In this document: piece after piece, positions 40,607-51,170 of the stretch
Numbering within the stretch: the stretch's first letter is position 1
Layout: each line of letters begins with the position of its first letter
Notes under the pieces: model-generated
The model's database searches: none
The model's input: only the letters and a program-made list of their open reading frames with translations
What the model was told of the DNA's origin: nothing
NCBI GenBank assembly: GCA_037131105.1
Contig: JBAXRQ010000001.1
Coordinates: forward strand, 637,465 to 701,464
From: a bacterium
GTDB taxonomy: Bacteria; Patescibacteriota; UBA1384; CAILIB01
DNA: 64,000 bases
Direction: 5' to 3'
Translations under genes and position numbers: made by a program

Positions 40607-41470
40607 ATGCCCGCTCCTCGCGAACTTCGCCAGCGCATCCGGTCGGTAACCTCGACCAAGCAGATCACCAAAGCTATGGAGCTGGTGTCGGCTTCACGTA
40701 TGCGTCGGGCCACCGAGGCTACCCTAGCTAATCGCCCCTACGCCACCCAGTTGGAGGTCATGGTACAGCGGATTATTAGCTCGTCCAGTGACCAACCTCT
40801 TAGCCACCCCCTCCTTGAAGAGCAGAAGGGAGACAAAACCCTGCTCATTGTTATCGCTTCTGACCGGGGCCAGGCAGGTGCTTATAATTCAAATCTGGGA
40901 AAACTGGCCAGTCAGTTTGCAAGCGATGAAAAGGCAGCCGGTCGCACCGTAACCTCGATTACGCTTGGAAAGAAGGCCGAACAGGCCATGAGTAAAGCCG
41001 GTATCGACGTTCTGCAGCGGTTTCCTCTTCCCAGTGGGCAGATCGAACTTTCCGATATGCACGCCCTCAATCGCTACGTTGTGGAGCGCTTTCTCCATCA
41101 CGGTATCAGCAAGGTGAGCGTTCTTTACACCGAGTTTCATTCCATGCTTATTCAGAAGGCGGTTATCCAGCCCCTGCTTCCCCTTACTCCCCCCAACCCG
41201 TATCCAGCCAGCGGGGAGCTTATCTTTGAGCCGGACCCTCTGACCGTATTGTCAGAGCTTCTGCCATACCTGGTGGAGATACGGCTGTTCCATTCCGTTC
41301 TAGAGGCAGGTGCTTCTGAGCACTCCGCCCGCCGCATGGCCATGAAGAGCGCCACCGACAATGCCAACTCCATTATCGACCGCCTGACCCTTACCTACAA
41401 CCGTCTGCGCCAGAGCGCTATCACCCAGGAGATCGCTGAGATCACTTCGGGTGCTGCCGCTTTAGAGTAG
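40607..41470 (+). CDS. atpG: F0F1 ATP synthase subunit gamma
   Basis: ITKAMELVS, SDRG, SEHSARRMAMKSATDNA, RQSAITQEIAEI. Confidence 0.98.
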   Translation: MPAPRELRQRIRSVTSTKQITKAMELVSASRMRRATEATLANRPYATQLEVMVQRIISSSSDQPLSHPLLEEQKGDKTLLIVIASDRGQAGAYNSNLGKLASQFASDEKAAGRTVTSITLGKKAEQAMSKAGIDVLQRFPLPSGQIELSDMHALNRYVVERFLHHGISKVSVLYTEFHSMLIQKAVIQPLLPLTPPNPYPASGELIFEPDPLTVLSELLPYLVEIRLFHSVLEAGASEHSARRMAMKSATDNANSIIDRLTLTYNRLRQSAITQEIAEITSGAAALE

Positions 41471-41489
41471 TCACGGACCAGCCACGTAA

Positions 41490-42877
<1,388 letters not shown>

Positions 42878-42878
<1 letters not shown>

Positions 42879-43132
42879 TGCTCAAGATCACCATCACCAC
42901 TCCTGACGGGCTGCTGTTCCAGGGCGAGGCCGACGAGGTCGTCGTCCCCACAAAGAGTGGCATGATCGGCGTGCGCACCAACCACCTGCCCCTTGTAAGC
43001 CTGCTGAAGCCGGGCCAGCTCGAGGCCAAGAAGGACGGTGGCCCAAGTCATAAGTTCCAGGTACGGGAAGGGTATGTGAAGGTAGGACCACAGGAAGTCT
43101 CGGTCATAGCGAGAAGCGCCAGGAAGGCTTAG
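42878..43132 (+). CDS. atpC: F0F1 ATP synthase subunit epsilon (N-terminal domain only)
   Basis: ITTPDG..F.G, G.IGV..NH.PL.S.LKPG; 84 aa. Confidence 0.9.
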
Positions 43133-43140
43133 AACAAATG

Positions 43141-43422
43141 TTAATTGCCTTTTCTTACTCTCAGCCTCAAGACATAGTAGATGAGACTGAATAGAGGCAC
43201 TAACACTGCATTCAACGAAAGCACAATAAGAAATAATACGTAGGCTATTAGAAGAAGATCGCCAGCGTAGCTTTTCGATAGTTCGCTATAGGTATAATCC
43301 ACATGCACCCAAGGTGGAGCAAGCCACAGTACCGCACCCAGATACAAGAACACTGAGATGAAGAAAGTGACGACAATCCACCGCTGGAAGTACCAATAAA
43401 GGGACTGGTCAGTTAGGGCCAT
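43141..43422 (-). CDS. Small membrane protein
   Basis: Two hydrophobic segments, follows bcp. Confidence 0.55.
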   Translation of the reverse strand: MALTDQSLYWYFQRWIVVTFFISVFLYLGAVLWLAPPWVHVDYTYSELSKSYAGDLLLIAYVLFLIVLSLNAVLVPLFSLIYYVLRLRVRKGN

Positions 43423-43431
43423 ATGAAGGGG

Positions 43432-43881
43432 CTAGCGAAGCTCTTCCAGATCCTTCAGTATCTGCTCCGCATGCTTGTCCGGGGTGACCTTGGGGTATTC
43501 CTTGGCGATTTCTCCTTCCGGGCTGATCAGGTATGTCTTCCTGATGATCCCCTCGAATAGCTTGCCGTACATGCTCTTCTCGCCCCAGGAGCCGTAAGCC
43601 CTGATAGTCTCTTTGGTTGGATCGCTGAGCAAGGTAAAGGTCAGGTGGTACTTCTCGGCGAACTTCGCATGCGAAGCCACAGAGTCAGCTGAAATCCCGA
43701 CCACTGCCACGTCCTGTTCAGCAAACACGGCGCCGCTGTCGCGAAACGAGCAGGCCTCCTTGGTGCAGCCCGGGGTATCGTCCTTAGGGTAGAAGTAGAC
43801 CACTAGCCACTTGCCGGCGTAGTCGGAAAGCTTTCGGGTCGTGTCTGTCTGGTCCTGCAGGGAAAAGTCTGGTGCCTTCAT
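43432..43881 (-). CDS. bcp: Peroxiredoxin Bcp
   Basis: YFYPKDDTPGCTKEACSFRD. Confidence 0.95.
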   Translation of the reverse strand: MKAPDFSLQDQTDTTRKLSDYAGKWLVVYFYPKDDTPGCTKEACSFRDSGAVFAEQDVAVVGISADSVASHAKFAEKYHLTFTLLSDPTKETIRAYGSWGEKSMYGKLFEGIIRKTYLISPEGEIAKEYPKVTPDKHAEQILKDLEELR

Positions 43882-43882
43882 G

Positions 43883-44704
43883 TCAGTGGCTTAGCTGGTA
43901 AGTATCATCGTCACGACTGAGGAATCCCTCGTCTTCGAGCTGGCTCAATCCTTTCTCTATCTTAGCAGGATCCAGGCCCAGCACTGCCTGCAGGGTTACA
44001 AGGGTAGCCTTGCCATTGTCAACCAGATAGGCCAGTATCCGTCCCCTGGCCTGGCGGCCGGAACCTTCGAACTTCGATTGCACTGAGTAATGCTTGCTGC
44101 GCCGATTGGGGTTGGCCACCCGCTTTGGCAGCTGGGCGCCGTAGTCCATCAGCGCATAATACCACTCACGGGGATTCTCGGGATCTACCGTGGCCTCAAT
44201 GAGAGGCATCAGCTCCTTGTCAGACACCGCCTCGGCATCAGGAAAAAAGAAGTGCAGGTAGACCCGGCGGATATTGGTCTCAATGAAGGTGACCGGCCGG
44301 TTAAAGGCGAAGGCAGAGATGGCGCCGGCCGTGTAGGGACCGATACCAGGGAGGCTTACCATGTCAGCCGGATTCTGCGGTACAACGCCTCCAAAGTTAT
44401 CCACTATCACCTTCGCCGCCTTCTGCAGGTTCAGGGCCCGCCGGTTATATCCCAGCCCTTGCCACAACGTCAGAACCTGGGAAACCGGCGCAGCAGCCAA
44501 GGACTCCACCGTAGGCAGCTCCTCCAGCCAGGCATTGTACTTATCCACCACCCGGGCAGTCTGGGTCTGCTGCAACATAAGCTCTGAGAGCATGATGCGG
44601 TACGGGTCATGGGTCTCCCGCCACGGGAATGTTCGGGGATGCTCACGATAAAAGGCCCAGATAAGGGCCTTAAAATCGGCAAGCTCTGCTTGAGTACTAT
44701 TCAT
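43883..44704 (-). CDS. mutY: A/G-specific adenine glycosylase (Fe-S-free, C-terminal wHTH)
   Basis: FPWRET.DPY..MLSELMLQQTQ, WQGLGYNRRA, LPGIGPYTAGAI. Confidence 0.9.
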   Translation of the reverse strand: MNSTQAELADFKALIWAFYREHPRTFPWRETHDPYRIMLSELMLQQTQTARVVDKYNAWLEELPTVESLAAAPVSQVLTLWQGLGYNRRALNLQKAAKVIVDNFGGVVPQNPADMVSLPGIGPYTAGAISAFAFNRPVTFIETNIRRVYLHFFFPDAEAVSDKELMPLIEATVDPENPREWYYALMDYGAQLPKRVANPNRRSKHYSVQSKFEGSGRQARGRILAYLVDNGKATLVTLQAVLGLDPAKIEKGLSQLEDEGFLSRDDDTYQLSH

Positions 44705-44723
44705 ATACCCAGCCTAGCAGAAA

Positions 44724-45011
44724 CTAGGGCTGGAGGTCGTGGCGGGCAGCCTGGGCGGCCTGCTCTTCAAGATCCTTCTTGATGTCGGCCTCGGCGAGGT
44801 CAATCTCTGACTCAAGCTTAGTCATCTCCTCGTCGCCCTGCTTGACTGCAGCCAGAACGCTATCGTCAAATTCCTTAATCAAAGCGTCGGCGTCTCTTGC
44901 CTCGTCCCCAAGAACCTTCTCAAGAATCTCAAGCTCTTCGTTGCTCAGCTCCTGCAGATTGGCGTTAGCCGGTGCAGATGTTGAAACCGGTGCGGTGGTT
45001 ACATCGTCCAT
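44724..45011 (-). CDS. Acidic coiled-coil hypothetical protein
   Basis: 95 aa, E/D-rich, SD-like AGAGGG. Confidence 0.6.
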   Translation of the reverse strand: MDDVTTAPVSTSAPANANLQELSNEELEILEKVLGDEARDADALIKEFDDSVLAAVKQGDEEMTKLESEIDLAEADIKKDLEEQAAQAARHDLQP

Positions 45012-45032
45012 AATCCCTCTTTTAGATAATAA

Positions 45033-45923
45033 TTAGGCCGGCTGCTGGCTCTGTCTCCGACGAGCCTGCTCTGCATGTACGGCTTCAAGCTGCTTACCAA
45101 TCTGCTGCCTCTGCTCATGTGCCTGTGACCGCAACTCGGTCATCTTAGCTTCAAGAGCCGCCTGCTCACTGGCTTGAATTTGTTGGAAATGTGATTCGTC
45201 GGGGACAGCCTGATATTGTGCCTCAAGAGCGTCCCGAGTAACCTGTAACTTAGCATTCTGACGAGCCTCAATAGCTGCTTTGGCCCTTCCTGGAAGTGAG
45301 CGGAAGCCATTTACCAGCTTGTTGCTAGCGCCGACGATGCTCTCAGTGGTGCGATTGCCGATATCGTCAATACGCTTTCCAGCCTCGACAGCCACCATAC
45401 CGGTACGCTCAGCCGCCCGGTGTCCCTTACCGATGGTCTCCAAGGCAATGCCTGGTGCTCGTTCTGCGACGGTATGCATATCATTCATGGTTCTACTGAG
45501 ATCGTTTCGTGCAAATTCGCCCGCTTTCGCAACCCCGCTCATAACCCTCTCCCCGACATAGTCCCTGGCATTGGCACCAAACTCCTTGGCAGCAGCGGCC
45601 GCTTGTACACCAGCCTCAATGTTGCCTCTTGAAGTCTCAACTACTTCGTTCTTCATAGTTCCGGCCGTCTGCTTGGCGTTGTCCCATTCTGCGGATACGG
45701 CTTGACCTAGACCCCTGGCATGGTCACCCATGCGCTGCATGAGGCCACCTATCTTGGTGCCGGCAATAGCTCGCTTCCGAGCAAAGAATCCACTTACGGC
45801 CTCGACTACTTGCTGCCCACGCTCAAGGTCGCTTAGACCTTCCTGGGCTACTGGTGCGGCTTCGACGGCAGCGATCGGCTGCTCCTCAATGATATGACCG
45901 ACAGCTTCTTCTGAATAGCTCAT
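45033..45923 (-). CDS. Ala-rich amphipathic/coiled-coil hypothetical protein
   Basis: 296-aa ORF with upstream TTGACA-17-CATTAT. Confidence 0.65.
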   Translation of the reverse strand: MSYSEEAVGHIIEEQPIAAVEAAPVAQEGLSDLERGQQVVEAVSGFFARKRAIAGTKIGGLMQRMGDHARGLGQAVSAEWDNAKQTAGTMKNEVVETSRGNIEAGVQAAAAAKEFGANARDYVGERVMSGVAKAGEFARNDLSRTMNDMHTVAERAPGIALETIGKGHRAAERTGMVAVEAGKRIDDIGNRTTESIVGASNKLVNGFRSLPGRAKAAIEARQNAKLQVTRDALEAQYQAVPDESHFQQIQASEQAALEAKMTELRSQAHEQRQQIGKQLEAVHAEQARRRQSQQPA

Positions 45924-46067
45924 GGCGTAGGATTCTTATAGTTAGCCTTATAATGAGCCCAGGCCGAGAGGTTGTCAAGCAAACGTATGACGCAATCCAC
46001 AAGGCTCAATGGTTTGAGCATTCTGGGTTGCGGGCAGGGGAGGCTAGCTCCCCGTGCCCTTGATGCC

Positions 46068-46919
46068 TCAGCCAGCAACGGCTTTGGCCAGTAATTGCTG
46101 CAGCAAAGGCGGATTCGCCATCAGCCTGTCGTGCATGCCGAGGTCGGCGTACACTGCGCGCCCGGTGATCCTACAAACTGGAGAAAGCAGCTCACAGGCG
46201 CCCTCGCCAATCACCTCCCTCGCACGCTCCTGGGTCCACCCGACTTCCTGTTCGTACACTGTGCACATCGCGTCGAAGCCTTCAATGACCCGGCCGGCCA
46301 TACTCTTGACCGGTCCTGTTATTAAGACATTGAAACGGAAGCCCGGGGCCGGCGGCTGCCGGGCACAGTCTAGCGTCCATTTCTCCAAAGCTGCCTTCAT
46401 GGGACCCATGGCGCCATAACCGGGCCAGGTAAAGGCATTGTCAGAACCAAGAGCAAGGAATGAGGCGTTGTCCGCCCACACCTTATGCCCGATCCCCGCT
46501 TCGATCATGTTCCGGAAACCGAGTACGTTCACCTTAAACCCTTCAAGGTACTCTTCTGGGGTGGCATGAAACATGTCTCCCCCGATAATCGACTTGGGGC
46601 CGCCGGCGACGGCAAAGACGTACCCACCAAGAACCACTCCCTGTGCCGCCAAGCCTGCGAAAAGCGCATCAACGCTCTCCTCGTTGGCAACGTCGCATTC
46701 CAGAACGGTGGAATCAAGCAGATGCTGCGCATCTTGCACGGTACCCGCCCACCGGTCAGTCCGTTCTGGCTTCCGGGCCGTTCCCATAACGAGGCCCGGT
46801 CGGGTGGAGGTATACATCACTGTTTTTCCATTTTTCACCTCACGATGCCCGATGATCAGCCCAAGACCACCACCGCGGCAGCCGCTAATCAAAGTGACCC
46901 CATTACTAACGCTTTTCAT
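46068..46919 (-). CDS. fabI: Enoyl-ACP reductase-like SDR (FabI type)
   Basis: ECDVANEESVDALF, PGYGAMGPMKAALE (Y-x6-K), RFNVLITGPVKSMAG..I.GF, ITG..VYAD.G. Confidence 0.7.
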   Translation of the reverse strand: MKSVSNGVTLISGCRGGGLGLIIGHREVKNGKTVMYTSTRPGLVMGTARKPERTDRWAGTVQDAQHLLDSTVLECDVANEESVDALFAGLAAQGVVLGGYVFAVAGGPKSIIGGDMFHATPEEYLEGFKVNVLGFRNMIEAGIGHKVWADNASFLALGSDNAFTWPGYGAMGPMKAALEKWTLDCARQPPAPGFRFNVLITGPVKSMAGRVIEGFDAMCTVYEQEVGWTQERAREVIGEGACELLSPVCRITGRAVYADLGMHDRLMANPPLLQQLLAKAVAG

Positions 46920-46997
46920 GCCTGTCTCCTTTCTAATCGAACAGGCAGATACTAGCAGGTTTCCCTACTCTTTGAAAGCACTTATGGAAGCTTACTA

Positions 46998-47669
46998 TCA
47001 TTGAAAGACATGCTCCCCGAAGAACAGCTCTTCAGGCGAGGTGCGTTCCAGTTGCTCCACCACCTTAGCCAAGGCTGGGAAATACTCAGACTTGGCCAGC
47101 TCGGCCTGGTCCAGCTTCTTCCAGAACGCCTGGCCATGGTACTCACCCGGACGTAACTCGCCTCCTTTCACTATTCCGCGATACACCAGGCTCAGCACCG
47201 CATTACTAACCCCGTCGTCCTCAAGAGTCGTGGAGATCACCGTCCCGGCATAGTGAAGACTAGCAGTCAGACCTGTCTTGGCCATCAGCTCCCCCTGGGC
47301 CTGCTCTAGCACCGGCTCCCCGGCCCGCACTAGTCCCGAAGGGAAGCCCACCAACCCGTCAAAGGGCTGCCTGCCCTGCCTGAACAGCAGCCACTCGCCG
47401 GACTCATTCTTGCAGGCGATGTCTACCAATATATAGGGCTGCTCGTGGGGCTGCAGGGTCTCGCTGCTCAGCGCCTCGACGTACTTCTTCCCGCCAGAAG
47501 TCAGGCCGTAGCCTCCCTCCACCTTCTCCACCAGTCCCGCTGCCATCACCTCGCGCAAATGGTACATGAAGACATTGCCCTCCACATCCTTGGGACGCAG
47601 CTCCGAATAGCGCCGGGGCGAGCGCTTGAGCAGTGAGGTCATAATGCCGTGCTGGGTGGGATGTGTCAT
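46998..47669 (-). CDS. Winged-helix + NUDIX-like protein (possible regulator)
   Basis: RYSEL...GNVFMYHL..V..GLVEK wHTH; RQPF.G..GFPSG degenerate Nudix. Confidence 0.75.
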   Translation of the reverse strand: MTHPTQHGIMTSLLKRSPRRYSELRPKDVEGNVFMYHLREVMAAGLVEKVEGGYGLTSGGKKYVEALSSETLQPHEQPYILVDIACKNESGEWLLFRQGRQPFDGLVGFPSGLVRAGEPVLEQAQGELMAKTGLTASLHYAGTVISTTLEDDGVSNAVLSLVYRGIVKGGELRPGEYHGQAFWKKLDQAELAKSEYFPALAKVVEQLERTSPEELFFGEHVFQ

Positions 47670-47782
47670 TATCTCCAGGTTAGCAGATGGGAGATATTCG
47701 TCGAGTCGAGAACTGTCGACTAGATGGGCCGGACCTATGGCGACTAGGGTGAATGTATCCGATCGGAACAAAGGAGCACACC

Positions 47783-48340
47783 ATGTGGAAGACAGTCATT
47801 ACACAGGCAGGGTTTTTCGGAAAGAAGCGGGCGGATATCTATGCAGGTTATGACGATCAGTTTGGCGCCGGGAAGTGGCGAGTGGCTTGGGAGATCCCTA
47901 CGGATGCCAGCAGCGTCATTACCGACATGGCAGGCGTCATGGCCCTTTACGAAGACGCCTACTTCGCCCATTTGCAGAGTAATCCGGAATTGTTGGCCGA
48001 GCTGACCGCCGCCGCCAGCAACGTCTACGACGACGCGTCCAGCAACGTGGGCTCCGGATTCGACTATACGATCCAGGAGACGAACCTGAACCATCTGCAC
48101 GACATCGCCATCCGGCGATCAGTGCTCCGCCTTGGAACCTGGTTCCACGGCGAGGAATTAATCCAGATCCGCGGCTCCAAGAGCCAGCATCCGTTAAGCA
48201 AAGAACTTTCGCCTGGAGTGGTGCCGTTTCATCTGTCGCGTCTCATCCGGAAGCCGGAGGTAATTGGCTGGTGGAAGGAAGGGTCTATCGAGGCTTTCTA
48301 CCAGTCTGGGAAGATCGTCCAGCAGTGGACTGAAGAGTAA
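47783..48340 (+). CDS. Hypothetical protein
   Basis: SD AAAGGAG; LYEDAY, NVYD, DYTIQE...HLHDIAIRR, LSPGVVPFH. Confidence 0.75.
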   Translation: MWKTVITQAGFFGKKRADIYAGYDDQFGAGKWRVAWEIPTDASSVITDMAGVMALYEDAYFAHLQSNPELLAELTAAASNVYDDASSNVGSGFDYTIQETNLNHLHDIAIRRSVLRLGTWFHGEELIQIRGSKSQHPLSKELSPGVVPFHLSRLIRKPEVIGWWKEGSIEAFYQSGKIVQQWTEE

Positions 48341-48444
48341 AGGAGAAAAGATTTGAGAGAGGGGGCAGCAATGCCCTCTCTTTCCCGTGGCCACCAACCC
48401 CTGATTCTGTTAGGATAAGTGCAGGAAATGAAGGGGGATTTAAC

Positions 48445-49041
48445 ATGTCGAAAGAGTTACAGATGCGTGTCGGACACGGTGCGCAACCTGAAGTAGGACC
48501 TGCCTGGGCGCCAGTGTGGGTAGCAGAGAACGTTGCAATGCTTCCTTTCCAGTACGCTGCCCAAGCAGGGCACGTACACTGGATCTTTGACCTTGACCGA
48601 GTGCTACTCCCTGCCCCACAGCTGGTGGGACTCAGATGGAGAGTATGCCAGGACTTTTGCCAGGCAATTCATGATGCACAGGTAGCAGGATACATACAGA
48701 ATGCCGCCATTGTCACCAACGTAGCCTTTCCGTTGCCCCAGCTCGTACTTCGCACGAAGTCGGTGGGACGTCAGCTTGGTATTGAGAACATAGTCCGGCT
48801 CTACCTCTACAAAGGAAATATGAAGCCGCATCCCTGGGGTGGTATGCGGGCCATGGAAATGATGGGCTCTACGCCGGATACCACCATATTCTGCGGCGAC
48901 ATGATCAGCAAAGATGGTCTGTGCGCCAAGAGCTGTGGCATTCCATTCGTGCACGTCCAGCCATATGGGCCTAATCCCCTCTGGAAGCAAGCTATCGAGC
49001 AGCTTCCCAGACTGCTACCCGCCCGACGGCGTTCAGCATGA
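48445..49041 (+). CDS. YqeG-like HAD IIIA phosphatase
   Basis: IFDLDRVL, VTN, KPHP, CGDMISKD. Confidence 0.75.
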   Translation: MSKELQMRVGHGAQPEVGPAWAPVWVAENVAMLPFQYAAQAGHVHWIFDLDRVLLPAPQLVGLRWRVCQDFCQAIHDAQVAGYIQNAAIVTNVAFPLPQLVLRTKSVGRQLGIENIVRLYLYKGNMKPHPWGGMRAMEMMGSTPDTTIFCGDMISKDGLCAKSCGIPFVHVQPYGPNPLWKQAIEQLPRLLPARRRSA

Positions 49042-49149
49042 CATCGACGCACTAAATGAGCGTCACCAACAAGAACTTCTGGGAAGAGGCACGCACCTGC
49101 GGCCTCTTCTTTCAGTTAAGCCCCTGGTAATAAAATAGTGCTCAGAGAG

Positions 49150-49376
49150 GCTTGACGGTCGCTTCCGCCGCCTTTCGCTTCGTATTGAAGCGGCGTCGGA
49201 GCGCTGCGCTAACCCCGCTCTTTGCTCCGCAAAGTTTGGTTTTGGCGTGGTGCTCGTGCTCCTGGTATTTCCAGGAAGCGGTGGAGCAGGGCGGAACTCC
49301 TCGGGTTCAAACCTCCTTCACGGACAAACAAAAAGACCCACTAAAGTGGGTCTTTTTGTTTGGTCGGGGAGAGAGG
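49150..49376. repeat. Structured element ending in T-arm mirror, terminator and duplicated tRNA 3' end
   Basis: Several hairpins, GGGTTCAAACCTC, terminator AAACAAAAAGACCCAC-TAAA-GTGGGTCTTTTTGTTT, 16-bp copy of the tRNA 3' end (49361-49376). Confidence 0.65.
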
Positions 49377-49381
49377 CCAAA

Positions 49382-49522
49382 CGGTTAGTCCTCGCTGCCG
49401 CGCCGACAGCACGGGTTGATCCGCTCGGACACTAGCCGCCCCTCCCGGACCGGCGTCGCCTACGGTTCAAATCCTCTTACCGTTACAGAGAAAAAGAACC
49501 AACATAGTTGGTTCTTTTTCTC
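49382..49522. repeat. tRNA 3'-flank element, copy 1
   Basis: Highly similar to 56002-56143, includes terminator AGAGAAAAAGAACCAAC-ATA-GTTGGTTCTTTTTCTCT. Confidence 0.85.
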
Positions 49523-49599
49523 TGGTCGGGGAGAGAGGATTTGAACCTCCGGTCTCAGGACCCCCAGCCCTGCGCATTAGGCCACTATGCTACTCCCCG
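49523..49599 (-). tRNA. tRNA-Pro(GGG)
   Basis: CGGGGAGTAGCATAGTGGCCTAATGCGCAGGGCTGGGGGTCCTGAGACCGGAGGTTCAAATCCTCTCTCCCCGACCA; 77 nt, encoded CCA. Confidence 0.95.
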
Positions 49600-49810
49600 A
49601 GGTGAACGCAGACGAAAACGTGTTTTCGGCTATGTGAGCCGAGGGGTCTTGCATACAGAGTATGCTACTCCCCGAAGCGAGATAGAAAAGAAAGCTAGCT
49701 TTCTTTTCTGTGAGCGAGGGGATCCGCCGTGCGAAGCACGGTGCTACTCCCCGCTGTTTGTCATTGGCGTTTCGACGAGGGGATGCTTATCCGTAGGATA
49801 AGTCCCCCGA
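49600..49810 (-). repeat. Array of hairpin units starting with the tRNA 5' end, copy 1
   Basis: CGGGGAGTAGCA restarts at 49674 and 49753, CGGGGGA at 49809. Confidence 0.8.
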
Positions 49811-49846
49811 GCCTGTTTAACACCTTTAAGAGTAGCCGTTTTTCCT

Positions 49847-50740
49847 TTATTTGGCAATTATATCCTTCAACTCCTCCGCCCTGGCCTTCATAATCTTCCT
49901 CTGCCCCTCTACCTGCGCCTTTTGCTCCTCCACCAGTTCCAGCCTCTCCCTCTCATTCTTCTCCAAGATACCTATTTTCTCCGCCAACTCCTCGTGCCCG
50001 CTCACCCGCCGGAAATCATCCGCTTTCATAAGGACCTCGAACCTGTCGTAGCGTCGATCAGTAAACGCCACCATCCCGTTCAGGCAGTATTCCCAATACC
50101 GCTGTGACAGCATTCCCGCCTCATAGTAACTGGGATCCGAGATCACCAAGCCGTATTTAGCCTGCGCATAAAGCTCCTGCAATTCGTTAAAGGTAAGTCG
50201 TCCCCGCATCTTGGGGCCCTCGCCAAACACCGGCGACGAGCTGACGATGGCCGAAACGTACGCATTCTCAGGATTAAGGTAGTCAAGGTAATCGATATCC
50301 CGGCTCCCGTCTCGCTTACCGCCGCCGTAGACCAACTGCAACGCCTTGGTCTCGCCTGAGTGATCCAGAAGATAGAGCACCACCGCCCCCTCAAAGCCCG
50401 CATACAGAAAGTCGGACCGATCTGACTGGGGAATCTGGGTTAGCTTGAGGTGCGGCCCCAGTACACTGTCTGGGATGACCAGGTTAAGGTCGGAGACCAT
50501 TTGAAAGATCTTGACTCCCCGCTCAATCAGACCTTCTGCCTGCCCATGAAAGCTGGGGTTACAGTTGTTAATGAGCACCGTGTCCCCGGATCGTAGCTCC
50601 TCCGCCCCGTCGATGGGTTCGGCACCCAGATAGTCCACACAGTAGCGCAGCTCGCTCATTCCCCCGAACGTGGTAACATCCCCCTTTGACTGCAAAAGCT
50701 CGCGCAGCTTAGCGCCGGGCTTCCAGATTTTAAGACTCAT
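49847..50740 (-). CDS. T4 DNA beta-glucosyltransferase-like GT-B enzyme
   Basis: Collinear motifs versus T4 BGT: INNCNPSFHG, QMVSDLNL, LVYGGGKRDGSR, LVISDPSY, SQRYWE, FTDRRYD. Confidence 0.7.
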   Translation of the reverse strand: MSLKIWKPGAKLRELLQSKGDVTTFGGMSELRYCVDYLGAEPIDGAEELRSGDTVLINNCNPSFHGQAEGLIERGVKIFQMVSDLNLVIPDSVLGPHLKLTQIPQSDRSDFLYAGFEGAVVLYLLDHSGETKALQLVYGGGKRDGSRDIDYLDYLNPENAYVSAIVSSSPVFGEGPKMRGRLTFNELQELYAQAKYGLVISDPSYYEAGMLSQRYWEYCLNGMVAFTDRRYDRFEVLMKADDFRRVSGHEELAEKIGILEKNERERLELVEEQKAQVEGQRKIMKARAEELKDIIAK

Positions 50741-50839
50741 AGTCGTATGAATAGGTATGCTTGGCATTTAGTCTAGCATATACGAAAAGCACATCCGGAC
50801 CGGCTGGATGTGCTTTGTCGACCGCTCCCCGAGGGGAAG

Positions 50840-51112
50840 CTATTGAAATGCATGGCCGTGAGGCTGACCATAGTCCATCGGCTGATTTGGGGTAAAACTC
50901 AGGGCAGCATACTTCTGCCTTAGCCGAGAATAGGTCTCGTGGTCCATTCTGACGATACAGCAGTCGTCGCCCCTCATCTCAACCTGGATGACGTCTGTCT
51001 CGTGAAACAGCCTCGAGACCATTGCCTCTTGGCCCTTCTTACCGGTGACCAGATGCTCCTGCAGACTGGTCGGGACGAACAAGCTAAAAAAATTACGCAA
51101 CCATTGCCACAT
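50840..51112 (-). CDS. Hypothetical protein
   Basis: SD GAGGAGG before ATG. Confidence 0.5.
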   Translation of the reverse strand: MWQWLRNFFSLFVPTSLQEHLVTGKKGQEAMVSRLFHETDVIQVEMRGDDCCIVRMDHETYSRLRQKYAALSFTPNQPMDYGQPHGHAFQ

Positions 51113-51170
51113 GCTGCAACCTCCTCGAAAGTAGAACTTGCCTGAAGAGTACCGTTTATTATCCTTCCAG

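Noticed and set aside
49152-49801. Short plus-strand ORFs over the tRNA loci (also 56035-56510)
   Set aside because: They are antisense translations of tRNA and repeat DNA.
49600-49810. CRISPR array (also 56221-56446)
   Set aside because: The repeated part is only about 12 bp and equals the tRNA 5' end; the spacers are related hairpins; no cas genes.
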